Below are positions 9,456 through 18,433 of a DNA stretch of 52,680 nucleotides, piece by piece. How positions within the stretch are numbered: the stretch's first letter is position 1; every line of letters starts with the position of its first letter. Position numbers and translations under genes: made by a program. The DNA lies in the NCBI GenBank assembly GCA_041752695.1, contig JBGSVZ010000100.1, forward strand, positions 1 to 52,680. Reading direction: 5' to 3'. The stretch comes from Terrimicrobiaceae bacterium. Lineage in GTDB: Bacteria > Verrucomicrobiota > Verrucomicrobiia > Chthoniobacterales > Terrimicrobiaceae. The notes under the pieces were generated by a model. It was not told the DNA's origin. It did not search any database and saw only the letters and a program-made list of their open reading frames with translations.

Positions 9456-10148
9456 ATGATGCTTTGGATTTTACTAATTGGTGTGCCGATTCTGCTGGGT
9501 CTGTGGGCTCAGATGCGGGTGAAAAGCGCCTTTGGGCACTGGAAGCAGGTCGCCGCGTCCTCGGGCGTAACGGGCGCGCAGGCGGCGCGTGAGATCCTTT
9601 CCGCCGCGAACATCCGCGACGTGGAAGTGGTCGAAATCAACGACATGCTCGGGGATCATTACGATCCCAGCAACAAGCGGCTTTGTCTTTCGACGGACGT
9701 CTATCGCACGCCCTCCGTCGCCGCTTTGGGCATTGCCGCTCATGAGTGTGGCCACGCCATTCAGCACCAGAAAGCTTATGCCCCTTTGCAGTGGCGCATG
9801 GCGGTGGTTCCGTTGACGATGTTTGTTTCGCAGATTCTGCCCTTTGTCATTCTGGCCGGTATCTTCATCCCCATGTTGGGTATGAAGGCCATCATGATCG
9901 CGGCGGTCTGTTACACGGTCCTCGCCATCTTCCAGTTGATCACTCTCCCGGTGGAGTTTGACGCCTCGCGGCGCGCGAAGGTCATTCTTCAACAGATGGG
10001 AATGATTCGTGCCGGCGAAGAGGCCACTGGGGTGAACAAGGTGCTGGATGCAGCGGCTCTCACCTATGTTGCTGCCTTTGTGGCAACCTTGAGCACCTTG
10101 CTTTACTACGTGCTTATCCTTACCGGAAACCGTGGCGAAGAGCGCTGA
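9456..10148 (+). CDS. Membrane zinc metallopeptidase (YugP / Zn_peptidase_2 family)
   Basis: Motifs DHYDP, AAHECGHAIQH, TLPVEFDASRRA and AAALTYVA. Confidence 0.9.
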   Translation: MMLWILLIGVPILLGLWAQMRVKSAFGHWKQVAASSGVTGAQAAREILSAANIRDVEVVEINDMLGDHYDPSNKRLCLSTDVYRTPSVAALGIAAHECGHAIQHQKAYAPLQWRMAVVPLTMFVSQILPFVILAGIFIPMLGMKAIMIAAVCYTVLAIFQLITLPVEFDASRRAKVILQQMGMIRAGEEATGVNKVLDAAALTYVAAFVATLSTLLYYVLILTGNRGEER

Positions 10149-10926
10149 GCGCTCCCGGCCCGTCGCCCTCACTGTCGCCGGTTCCGACAATAGTGCCGGA
10201 GCCGGCATCCAGGCCGATCTGAAAACATTTTCCCGGCTGGGGTGTTATGGCCTCACCGCCGTAACCTGTGTGGTGGCGGAAGTTCCCGGTCAGGTTGCCG
10301 CCATCCAGCCCGTCAAAGCCGGGATCGTTGCCCGCCAGGTGGCGCTTTGTTTCGAGGCGTTTCCCGTGGCCGCGGTCAAGACCGGGATGCTGTATTCCAC
10401 CGCCATCATCGAGGCGGTGGCCGGGGAATTGGCCCGGAAAAAAGTCCCCTTGGTGGTGGATCCGGTCATGGTGGCGAGCAGCGGGGATCCGCTCCTGAAA
10501 AAATTCGCGGTGACGGCCTATCGGCAGCTCCTTTTTCCGCGGGCGACCCTGGTGACCCCCAATCTGGACGAGCTGAAAATTCTGGCCGAGCGCGAGGTGG
10601 GGTCTCTCTCCGAAATGAAAGACGCCGGCCGTTTTCTGGTGGACCGCTACGGCTGCGCGTTTCTCCTCAAAGGCGGTCATCTTCGCGGCAAAACGGCGGT
10701 GGATTTCCTAGCCACACCGGAAGGATTCGAGGAATTTGCCGCGCCTTTCATTCGGGGCGTGGAGACCCACGGCACGGGGTGTACCTATGCGGCGGCCGTC
10801 ACCGCGGGGCTGGCGTCCGGAATGTCCCTGTCGGATGCAGTGGCCGCGGCGAAGGCCTATATTACCAGGGCGATCGGCGGTTCACTGCGTTGGGGCCGCA
10901 CCTGCGCCCTGGACCACTTGGCTTGA
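10132..10926 (+). CDS. thiD: Hydroxymethylpyrimidine/phosphomethylpyrimidine kinase
   Basis: Motifs AGSDNSAGAGIQADLKT, VKTGML, DPVM, TPN, KGGH and THGTGCT. Confidence 0.92.
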   Translation: MAKSAERSRPVALTVAGSDNSAGAGIQADLKTFSRLGCYGLTAVTCVVAEVPGQVAAIQPVKAGIVARQVALCFEAFPVAAVKTGMLYSTAIIEAVAGELARKKVPLVVDPVMVASSGDPLLKKFAVTAYRQLLFPRATLVTPNLDELKILAEREVGSLSEMKDAGRFLVDRYGCAFLLKGGHLRGKTAVDFLATPEGFEEFAAPFIRGVETHGTGCTYAAAVTAGLASGMSLSDAVAAAKAYITRAIGGSLRWGRTCALDHLA

Positions 10927-10932
10927 ATGCGG

Positions 10933-11241
10933 CTACTCCAAGGTCGCCAGCCGGGCCTGCAATTGGGCGATCTTGGCGCGCCGGGCGCGGTTTTCCTGCG
11001 ACTGAGCGTGGGAGCCTTTCGTGACGTCACCCGAGGTTTTGGCAAAATTTTCAATGGACCGCTGAAACGCGTCCTCCTCGTCGGCGATCTGACGTTTGAG
11101 CGAGGTGATGAGAGATTTGTTGTTGGTGGCGGCTGCCTTGACCGGGGCAGCGGGCTCCTTCGCCAAGGGCGGAGCGGGAGCCATCACGATGTATCCGAAG
11201 CCTCCCAGGGCAATCAGGGCAATAATGAACAAGGCGCGCAT
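10933..11241 (-). CDS. Small membrane-anchored coiled-coil hypothetical protein
   Basis: N-terminal hydrophobic segment and helical C-terminus. It fills the gap downstream of opcA. Confidence 0.6.
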   Translation of the reverse strand: MRALFIIALIALGGFGYIVMAPAPPLAKEPAAPVKAAATNNKSLITSLKRQIADEEDAFQRSIENFAKTSGDVTKGSHAQSQENRARRAKIAQLQARLATLE

Positions 11242-11294
11242 TTCCGGGGAATAGCGCGAAGGCGCAAAAAAATCAATCCCGCCATTTGGCGTGT

Positions 11295-12326
11295 TTACAC
11301 CAATGGGGCAATGGCCGCCAGAGCCTTGCTGTAGAGGGGGTGTTTTCCGCCGCGACTCAACTCCATGAGCAGGATATCGATCAGTTTGGAGCGGCCGGCG
11401 GAGACCAACATCGGCGCCTCCCCGACGTCATCGCCGCAGACTTTGGCATGGTAGTAGGCCGAACCCGTCTCGCGCGTGATCTCAAAAGACGCCTTCCCAC
11501 ACGAAAAAGCGCAGCGATTGACTGCCTCGCCCCCCGTCTCCAGGATTTCAAAATCAATCGTGGTGCCTTCGCCCGAAACGAACGATTCCTTCCCAAGGAG
11601 AGACTGGTGCTTCCACCCAAGCTGCGCCGCCAGCCAGCCAAGGAGGAGCAGGCCGGTGAGACGGTTGGAGGTCGAGATGGAAACTTGGCGGATATCCTTA
11701 ATGTGTGCCAGCACGCAGGAATGATCAAAAAGCTGCGCCAGCGCAAACCGCGTGCCCAGCAAACGCGTCCAGTTCAGGTCGCAGAGGATCGTGCGCGTTT
11801 CCGTGAATGTGCCAATCTCGCGCACGATGGCGAACTGCTCGACGGGCTTCTTCCAGTCCGCACTGTCGTAAATCAGACGGTCCACCCGGCTCCAGAGTTT
11901 TTCGTTCAGAGGCTTACGGAATTCTCCCTGACGCCAGAAATACAGCGGCAGGTCGGAGTCGAGGTGGGAAAAAACAATGCTCGGCATCGCGGCGACCATC
12001 TCGCCGTCGAGTTGAAAGGTGATTTGCTCCGAGCAGATCTGGCGTTCGCCCTTGCCCGCCAGGTGGCAATGCGCGCTGATCCAGGCGCTGGCTTTGGATT
12101 CGGATGCGTCGGGGTTGGCAAAAATCAGGATGGCGCGGCAGGCGTGTTCGTCCGCAATGCCGGAGATCATCGTCGTGTTGGCCTCCACCGAGCCGATGTC
12201 TTCGGTGAAGATGGCGAGATTAATCAGGGAGGCGCGCGTCTTGGTGTCGCCACTTTCTTCCCAAAGTTTCCCCAGTTCCTTGTCGATGCGGCCGATTTCC
12301 ACCGGCAGGCCGGCTTCGATGGTCAT
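11295..12326 (-). CDS. opcA: Glucose-6-phosphate dehydrogenase assembly protein OpcA
   Basis: ATGA overlap with zwf gives the start at 12326. Motifs RASLINL, CSEQI, DLPLYFW, DRLIYDS and DLNWTRL. Confidence 0.85.
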   Translation of the reverse strand: MTIEAGLPVEIGRIDKELGKLWEESGDTKTRASLINLAIFTEDIGSVEANTTMISGIADEHACRAILIFANPDASESKASAWISAHCHLAGKGERQICSEQITFQLDGEMVAAMPSIVFSHLDSDLPLYFWRQGEFRKPLNEKLWSRVDRLIYDSADWKKPVEQFAIVREIGTFTETRTILCDLNWTRLLGTRFALAQLFDHSCVLAHIKDIRQVSISTSNRLTGLLLLGWLAAQLGWKHQSLLGKESFVSGEGTTIDFEILETGGEAVNRCAFSCGKASFEITRETGSAYYHAKVCGDDVGEAPMLVSAGRSKLIDILLMELSRGGKHPLYSKALAAIAPLV

Positions 12327-13855
12327 AACCGCCTCCACTTCGCACCGTGGCGCTTCAGGAGATCGTCCGCCTCCGTCGGTCCCCAGGTGCCGGCCGAATA
12401 AATCGCCAGATCGTCGCCACTTTTTTCCCACTCAGCGCGAATCGCATCGACAAATTTCCAGGCCTCCTCGACTTCGTCCCGGCGGGCAAAAAGGGTCGCA
12501 TCGCCACTCATGGCATCAAGCAGCAGACGTTCATAGGCTTCCGGCGTGGCCTTGCCGAAGCTGGTGCCGTAATGGAAATCCATTTTCACTGGCTCAATCC
12601 GCAGACTGGACCCGGGCATCTTCGCGCTCATGCGGAGGGAGATGCCCTCATCCGGCTGGATGCGAATGACCAGCACGTTGTCCTCGATCGTGTCGTCGCT
12701 GGCATTAAAAAGTACGGCGGGAGCGCCCTTAAAATGCAGGGCAATCTCTGTCCCGCCCTTTGGCAGCCGCTTGCCCACCCGGACGAAAAATGGCACCCCG
12801 GCCCAACGCCAGTTGTCGACGTTGATTTGCAGCGCGACGTAGGTTTCCGTTTCCGACTCGGGATTCACGTTCTGTTCGTCGCGGTAGGCCGCCACGCGTT
12901 TGCCATTGATCGTCCCGGCACCGTATTGGGCACGCACGACATTCTGCTGAACGTCATCGCCCTTGAGAGGACGCAGGGATTTCAGCACCTTGACCTTTTC
13001 ATCGCGGATGGCGTCGGCATCGAGGCCGGCGGGCGGTTCCATGGCGGTGAGGCAGAGGAGTTGAAGCAAGTGGTTCTGCACCATGTCCCGGAGAGCCCCG
13101 GATTTGTCGTAATATCCCGCACGGCCTTCCACCCCGAGCGGTTCGCTGGCGGTGATCTGCACGTGGTGAATATATCGGGCGTTCCACAGCTGTTCAAAAA
13201 TCGCGTTTGCAAAACGCAGCACCATGATGTTCTGCGCGGTCTCTTTGCCGAGGTAATGGTCAATGCGGTAGGTGTCCTTTTCGGAAAAGGCTTCCATCAC
13301 CATCTTGTTCAAAACCTGCGCGCTCGGCAGGTCGGTGCCGAAAGGTTTTTCCACGATTACCCGGACCCAGCTCCCCTCTTTCGCCGTGTTAAGGCCGCTC
13401 TTGCGCAGGTTTTCCAGGATGACGGGAAACTGGTCCGGCCCGGCGGAGAGATAAAAGAGCCGGTTGCCTCGCGTGCCACGCTGGGCATCGAGCTCGTCGA
13501 GCCGCTTGGAAAGGGCTTCGTAACCCTCCAGGTTGTCAAACTCACTGCGATGGTAAAAAATCGACGCTGCAAAACTTTTCCAGAGTTCGTCGTTGATCTT
13601 CTGGCGCGAAAACTTGCGGGCGGCTTCTTCGATTTCCTGGCGGAAAATCTCGTCGGTTTTGTCGCGACGCGCGAACCCAATCACACTCACCGCGGGCGGC
13701 AGGGCTCCGTCGGCCGCGAGATTATAAATGGCGGGCAGAAGCTTGCGATGCGTGAGATCCCCGGTGGCACCGAAAATCACCACGGCGCAGGGTTCGGGCA
13801 TCGCGCGACTGGTTAGTCCCTCGCGGAGCGGATTTACATCTTTGCTGTCAGGCAT
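12323..13855 (-). CDS. zwf: Glucose-6-phosphate 1-dehydrogenase
   Basis: Motifs GATGDL, EKPFG, RIDHYLGKE, RDMVQNH and AYERL. Start reassigned to MPDSK at 13855. Confidence 0.95.
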   Translation of the reverse strand: MPDSKDVNPLREGLTSRAMPEPCAVVIFGATGDLTHRKLLPAIYNLAADGALPPAVSVIGFARRDKTDEIFRQEIEEAARKFSRQKINDELWKSFAASIFYHRSEFDNLEGYEALSKRLDELDAQRGTRGNRLFYLSAGPDQFPVILENLRKSGLNTAKEGSWVRVIVEKPFGTDLPSAQVLNKMVMEAFSEKDTYRIDHYLGKETAQNIMVLRFANAIFEQLWNARYIHHVQITASEPLGVEGRAGYYDKSGALRDMVQNHLLQLLCLTAMEPPAGLDADAIRDEKVKVLKSLRPLKGDDVQQNVVRAQYGAGTINGKRVAAYRDEQNVNPESETETYVALQINVDNWRWAGVPFFVRVGKRLPKGGTEIALHFKGAPAVLFNASDDTIEDNVLVIRIQPDEGISLRMSAKMPGSSLRIEPVKMDFHYGTSFGKATPEAYERLLLDAMSGDATLFARRDEVEEAWKFVDAIRAEWEKSGDDLAIYSAGTWGPTEADDLLKRHGAKWRRL

Positions 13856-13903
13856 TGCGTTCTGATAACCCTTCTCTGGATGGGTGACAACGGAGAAGGC
13901 GGA

Positions 13904-14254
13904 ATGCGTTATGAAAAACTTTCCCAGCTTGCGCAGGTGGAGGTGGAGGAAACTCTTGCTGCCCTTCCCCGGGAAATCCGCCAAAGAATGGACGCGGTCC
14001 CGGTCTTTTTCGAACCCCGCCCCGACGCGGACGATCTCGCTTATGGGGTCGAGCCGGACACGCTCGGGTATTTCGATGAGGGATCACCCGAGGCCCCCAC
14101 CCCCCGCATCCGGCTCTGGCTGGAAAACATTTGGGACTATGCGGAAGAGGATGAGGAGATTTTCCAGGAGGAAGTCCATACCACCCTCCTTCACGAAATC
14201 GGACATCTCCTGGGCTGGGGCGAAGAGGAGATCGAGGACCGCGGACTGGGATGA
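13904..14254 (+). CDS. Minimal zincin-like metallopeptidase family protein
   Basis: TLLHEIGHLLG plus an acidic C-terminus. Likely start is MRYEK. Confidence 0.8.
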   Translation: MRYEKLSQLAQVEVEETLAALPREIRQRMDAVPVFFEPRPDADDLAYGVEPDTLGYFDEGSPEAPTPRIRLWLENIWDYAEEDEEIFQEEVHTTLLHEIGHLLGWGEEEIEDRGLG

Positions 14255-14301
14255 ACGGAAGACACTCTATCTTTCCCAGAATACCGGAGTAGTTTCCCGC
14301 C

Positions 14302-14697
14302 ATGGCTCTCCTTCTTGTCGCGAGTTTTAGCAAACCCGAGGAAGCGCACCTGCTCCGTCTGCGATTGGAAGCGGGCGGCGTCCCTGCTCACGTCCAGGAC
14401 GAAAATGCCGCGCATCAAGGCTGGTTACTCCCGAACACCGTCGGCGTCCGCCTGATGATCGAAGAAGAAGACGCCGATCGCGCCCGGGAGATTCTGGCCG
14501 AACCACCCGGGGCGCCGGTGAATGAAGAGCGTCCCGCCTGCCCCGATTGCCTTTCCCTCCACACCGTCCCGGCGGAAACGCCGCACCGCTTCGCTTTTCT
14601 CACCGTCGCGGCGGCGGCGCTCCCGATCTTCCGTGAAAAATACCGCTGGAAATGCGTGGACTGCGGGCGGAGTTGGGACGAAAGGTCCCCGGGTTAA
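14302..14697 (+). CDS. DUF2007-like protein with C-terminal Zn ribbon
   Basis: EAHLLRLRLEAGGVPAHVQDE...GVRLMI..EDADRAREIL, followed by CPDC and CVDC. Confidence 0.75.
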   Translation: MALLLVASFSKPEEAHLLRLRLEAGGVPAHVQDENAAHQGWLLPNTVGVRLMIEEEDADRAREILAEPPGAPVNEERPACPDCLSLHTVPAETPHRFAFLTVAAAALPIFREKYRWKCVDCGRSWDERSPG

Positions 14698-14997
14698 GGC
14701 AGCGATTGGGGCGGCCGATGGGTTTATCCGCATAAGGATGCAATTATTTTAAACTTCTTTTCGTCCCTCCGTGCCCTCCCTGCAAAAGGGGAAGAATTTG
14801 GAACAGCAGGTCAAACTTAAGCGATCGGTTGCATAAGGTTCGTGAGCGTTTCTTATGAAGTCTGCCGAGTTAATTATGCGTCCGGTTGCGCAAAAGAATC
14901 TGGGTCCCGCAGAGAGTCGCGGCACGGCGCGGCGTTCGAAAAGGTAGGGTATCACCCCATTGTCGCTTTGTTCTTAGGAAGGCCATGCTTGGCACCT

Positions 14998-15840
14998 ATG
15001 AAAAAAACTTTTCTTACGATATTGGCTTTTGCCTTTCTCTTAGGGATCCCGACGGCCCGGGCTTCAATCCTACTTTCGGCAGAGGACTTTGCGCTTCTGG
15101 GCGGTACCGCAATTACAAGCACGGGAGCGGTGGGCACGGTGATTTCCAACGGTAATGTGGGATTGTCCCCCGGAGCCACGACCGGCATCACCGGATTTCC
15201 CCCTGCAGTTATTGCAAATGGGACCATTATCGCCACCGGCCCTGTCACCGGTCAGGCGCGGGCCGATCTGATCATGGTGCAAACGGCACTGGCCCTTATG
15301 CCGGTGACGACAATTCTTAGTAATCAGGATTTGGGAGGCATGACCCTGACGTCGGGGGTGTATAAATTCGACGCGGCAGCGACGTTGAGCGGAGCGTTGT
15401 TTCTGGATGGTGAAGGTAATGACAACGCGTATTGGGTCTTTCAGATCGGCGACACCCTCATCACGTCTTTGAATTCCACGGTCACGATGATTAATCCCGG
15501 ACCGGCCGGCGGAAGTGACTATGGAGTCTTTTGGAATGTTGGGACGTCCGTCACCATTGGGGAGGGTAATACGATTTTGGGGAATTATCTCGCCGGTGTT
15601 AGCATTACTATGGGTGCAAACGCCGACGGCAGCGGACGGGCACTGGCGCTTGCGGGGATCACTCTCGACCAGAACGAAATTGATGCCTATGGCGGACCCC
15701 AGGGCAGTGACTGGACGGGCGGCTTGATGTATGACCAATTGGGAAATATTGTTCCGATTCCGGAACCATCGGCGGTCCTCCTTTCAAGTTTCGCTCTCTT
15801 CGGATTTTTGTGCACGCGCCGGGCCCGCTCAACTCGGTAA
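14998..15840 (+). CDS. DUF3494 (IBP-1) ice-binding family protein with PEP-CTERM anchor
   Basis: Signal peptide from ATG 14998. Motifs FALLGGTAIT, DLGGMTLTSGVYKF, WVFQIG, VFWNVGTS and GRALA. C-terminus is IPEPS + hydrophobic + RRAR. Confidence 0.88.
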   Translation: MKKTFLTILAFAFLLGIPTARASILLSAEDFALLGGTAITSTGAVGTVISNGNVGLSPGATTGITGFPPAVIANGTIIATGPVTGQARADLIMVQTALALMPVTTILSNQDLGGMTLTSGVYKFDAAATLSGALFLDGEGNDNAYWVFQIGDTLITSLNSTVTMINPGPAGGSDYGVFWNVGTSVTIGEGNTILGNYLAGVSITMGANADGSGRALALAGITLDQNEIDAYGGPQGSDWTGGLMYDQLGNIVPIPEPSAVLLSSFALFGFLCTRRARSTR

Positions 15841-15846
15841 GATCCC

Positions 15847-16752
15847 GTGAAGACACTCCCTCATTTCCACCATAAAGGCGTGAAATCGGTTCTTCTCGGG
15901 ATCGCCATGGCTGCGGTCTGTCTCCAGGGTTCCTTTGCCATCATCGCCATCCCGAGAGATTATCCGCTGGAAACAACAGGCGACGGACCGATGTCGGATC
16001 GGGACCGGCTTTCCCAACTGGTTTCCCTCTATCGCAACGATGTCGTCTTGCTTGCAAATCCCGAGGAATCGTACGTTCGTGAAATTCGCGAAATGGATGG
16101 CACGTCACCAATTCGGGAAAAGCTAAAAGCCCTGGCCACTGGGGGAGGGGCGGGATTGTCTGCCGATTCGATTGCTGCCTCCACGGCCGCAATGGTGCGT
16201 CAGGATCCTACGAATACGGCTGTGATCATGGCCTCGGCCATGGACCTGCTCGAAGAGATGCCGGGCAAAGCGTCTGTCGAGGATCGGTATCTGGTGGGCA
16301 GAGCGGCTATTGGCGGTCTTCCCCACGACTTTCGCCAACGCACCGAACTCACGGCCTTCATCATCGGCATTGCCGCTCGGGACTTGAAAATGGCGGCGAT
16401 TACGGACCTTGTTCGTCGTCTGCGGGAATACGCCATTGGGGATATCCCCGCGGGGGAGAGGGATTTCAAAGATACCGTGGCCGGAGGTGTTCCTTCGAGC
16501 AGGGATTCCGCCTACTCTCTGGCCTTGGATCAAGCGCTCGTTGAAGCGGGAATCCTAAGCCCCTATGCGGCCAGTCCCGAGTTTCTGGTCCTCGCCAATA
16601 ATTTCGCATCGGAGCAGCTTGCCGAGACGTTCTTTTCGGGCGACCAGGGTACAATCAATCAGGGAGGCGTGATGTCCGGAGGTTCCGCCGGGGGGGCCAG
16701 TGGGTCCGGGTCCGGTGGCCAGATCACACCACCTCCGCCTCCTGCTTCCTGA
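15847..16752 (+). CDS. Secreted helical hypothetical protein with G/S/P-rich tail
   Basis: Long ORF directly after the ice-binding gene, with a hydrophobic N-terminal segment. No family recognised. Confidence 0.6.
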   Translation: MKTLPHFHHKGVKSVLLGIAMAAVCLQGSFAIIAIPRDYPLETTGDGPMSDRDRLSQLVSLYRNDVVLLANPEESYVREIREMDGTSPIREKLKALATGGGAGLSADSIAASTAAMVRQDPTNTAVIMASAMDLLEEMPGKASVEDRYLVGRAAIGGLPHDFRQRTELTAFIIGIAARDLKMAAITDLVRRLREYAIGDIPAGERDFKDTVAGGVPSSRDSAYSLALDQALVEAGILSPYAASPEFLVLANNFASEQLAETFFSGDQGTINQGGVMSGGSAGGASGSGSGGQITPPPPPAS

Positions 16753-16960
16753 AGAAAATCGTCGGTGAGAAATATCAGGGAAGCGCCTTTGACGGAACAT
16801 TGCCGGAGACTGAGCCTCCTTGCTTCTGCCAATAAGGCCCGCTACTCTGGCCCGAGATGGAGGCGACCTTGTGAGAATTATCAAAAGGCAGGGAGCTTCC
16901 TGGAAGAATTGTCCGACTAAGGCAAATCTTGAGGGAGGAGTAGCACAAAATCTGCCGTAC

Positions 16961-17743
16961 ATGAGTGAGCGGGGAGTGGTGCTGAAGCGGGAATTGAGGA
17001 AGGCGGTGGCCGGCCAAAAAGCTGCGGAGGATTGCCTCCGAACCAGCCAGGGAATCCATCACGATCTGCTCCGGAAATCCCTGGCGATGCAGGCGGAAGT
17101 GCGCCGGATGGCCAGACGAATCATTCTCGCGCAGGAGGAGGAACGAAAGAGAATCAGCCGGGAGTTGCACGATGTCATCGGTCCGACCCTGACGGGAATC
17201 AATCTCAGGCTGGCGGCGTTAAAATTACAATCCACCGATCCGGAAAAACTGGAGAAACACATCACCGACGCTCAAAAGCTGGTGACAGAGTCGCTGGAAA
17301 CCGTGAACCGGTTTGCCCGGGATTTACGTCCCGCCCTCCTGGATGATCTTGGTCTTGTCCCCGCTCTGCATGCTTTTCTAAAGGGTTTTATGAGGGAGAC
17401 GGGAATCCGGTCGCAGCTTGTTGCCCCACGCAGTATCGAACGCGTCGGGAGCCATTTCAAAACTGCACTTTATCGGGTGGTTCTGGAGGCGCTTGCCAAT
17501 GTGGATCGTCACGCCAATGCATCCCAGGTCCGGGTGGACCTCCAAAATAGCGAGGGAGGGCTTGTTTTGGAAGTGGTGGATGACGGCGAGGGTTTTCACC
17601 CCAAAAAACCGGCGGCGGATAACCGCAAACGTCTTGGACTCGTCGGGATGAGGGAACGCGTGGAAATGCTGGGTGGGGCATGGTCCCTGACTTCGCGTCC
17701 CGGCCAGGGCACCACCATTCGCGTCACATTTCCACGAACCTGA
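16961..17743 (+). CDS. HisKA_3 (NarX/DegS-type) histidine kinase with no evident sensor domain
   Basis: Motifs QEEERKRISRELHD, LRPALLDDLGL, EALANVDRHA, DDGEGF, GLVGMRERV and PGQGT. Start is uncertain (16820 or 16961). Confidence 0.85.
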   Translation: MSERGVVLKRELRKAVAGQKAAEDCLRTSQGIHHDLLRKSLAMQAEVRRMARRIILAQEEERKRISRELHDVIGPTLTGINLRLAALKLQSTDPEKLEKHITDAQKLVTESLETVNRFARDLRPALLDDLGLVPALHAFLKGFMRETGIRSQLVAPRSIERVGSHFKTALYRVVLEALANVDRHANASQVRVDLQNSEGGLVLEVVDDGEGFHPKKPAADNRKRLGLVGMRERVEMLGGAWSLTSRPGQGTTIRVTFPRT

Positions 17744-17772
17744 CCGCAGCGATCTTTACGTCGTTTCGTCCG

Positions 17773-18423
17773 ATGAAAAATATTACCGTCTTACTCGCGG
17801 AGGATCACGGGATCGTGCGGGAGGGTTTACGCGCATTGCTGGATCATGAAAAGGACATCGTTGTCCTCGGTGAGGCAAAAAATGGCCGCGAGGCCGTAGT
17901 TTTGTCCCGCAAGCTTCGTCCCGATGTGGTGGTCATGGATGTTGCGATGCCGCTGCTAAATGGTCTTGAGGCGACCCGGCAAATTCTTCGGCAACGGCCC
18001 CCGCCCAAGTTGTTGATCCTTTCGATGCACATGGATGAAGCTTATATGGATCAGGCCCGGGCGCTGGGCGCCTCCGGCTATCTTTCCAAACAAACCACCT
18101 TCCCGGCCCTGGCCGAGGCAGTCCGAAAAATTCAAGAGGGGGGAACGTTCTTTTGCCCCGCGGCGGCCAAGCATCGGGCTTCTTCGCCCGCAAAGATTCC
18201 CACGGCCCGCCTAAGTTCGAGGGAGACGGAGGTGCTCCAGCTTGTGGCGGAGGGGAATTCCAACAAGGACATCGCGGGGGAGCTTAAGATCAGCCTGAAA
18301 ACCGTGGAAAAACACCGCCAGAGTCTGATGGATAAACTCGATATCCATCATACCGCCGGGCTCACCCGCCACGCGATCGCCATTGGACTGATCGAAGGGA
18401 ACGTGCCTTTGACGCTAAACTGA
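17773..18423 (+). CDS. NarL/FixJ-family response regulator (REC + LuxR HTH)
   Basis: Motifs LAEDH, PDVVVMDVAMP, and LSSRETEVLQLVAEGNSNKDIA...SLKTVEKH. Confidence 0.92.
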   Translation: MKNITVLLAEDHGIVREGLRALLDHEKDIVVLGEAKNGREAVVLSRKLRPDVVVMDVAMPLLNGLEATRQILRQRPPPKLLILSMHMDEAYMDQARALGASGYLSKQTTFPALAEAVRKIQEGGTFFCPAAAKHRASSPAKIPTARLSSRETEVLQLVAEGNSNKDIAGELKISLKTVEKHRQSLMDKLDIHHTAGLTRHAIAIGLIEGNVPLTLN

Positions 18424-18433
18424 AACCGCTGCG

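Noticed and set aside
14729..14742. CGCATAAGGATGCA, resembling the operator, upstream of the ice-binding gene
   Set aside because: Several mismatches to an otherwise near-invariant motif and far from the locus; cannot be supported without a PWM scan.
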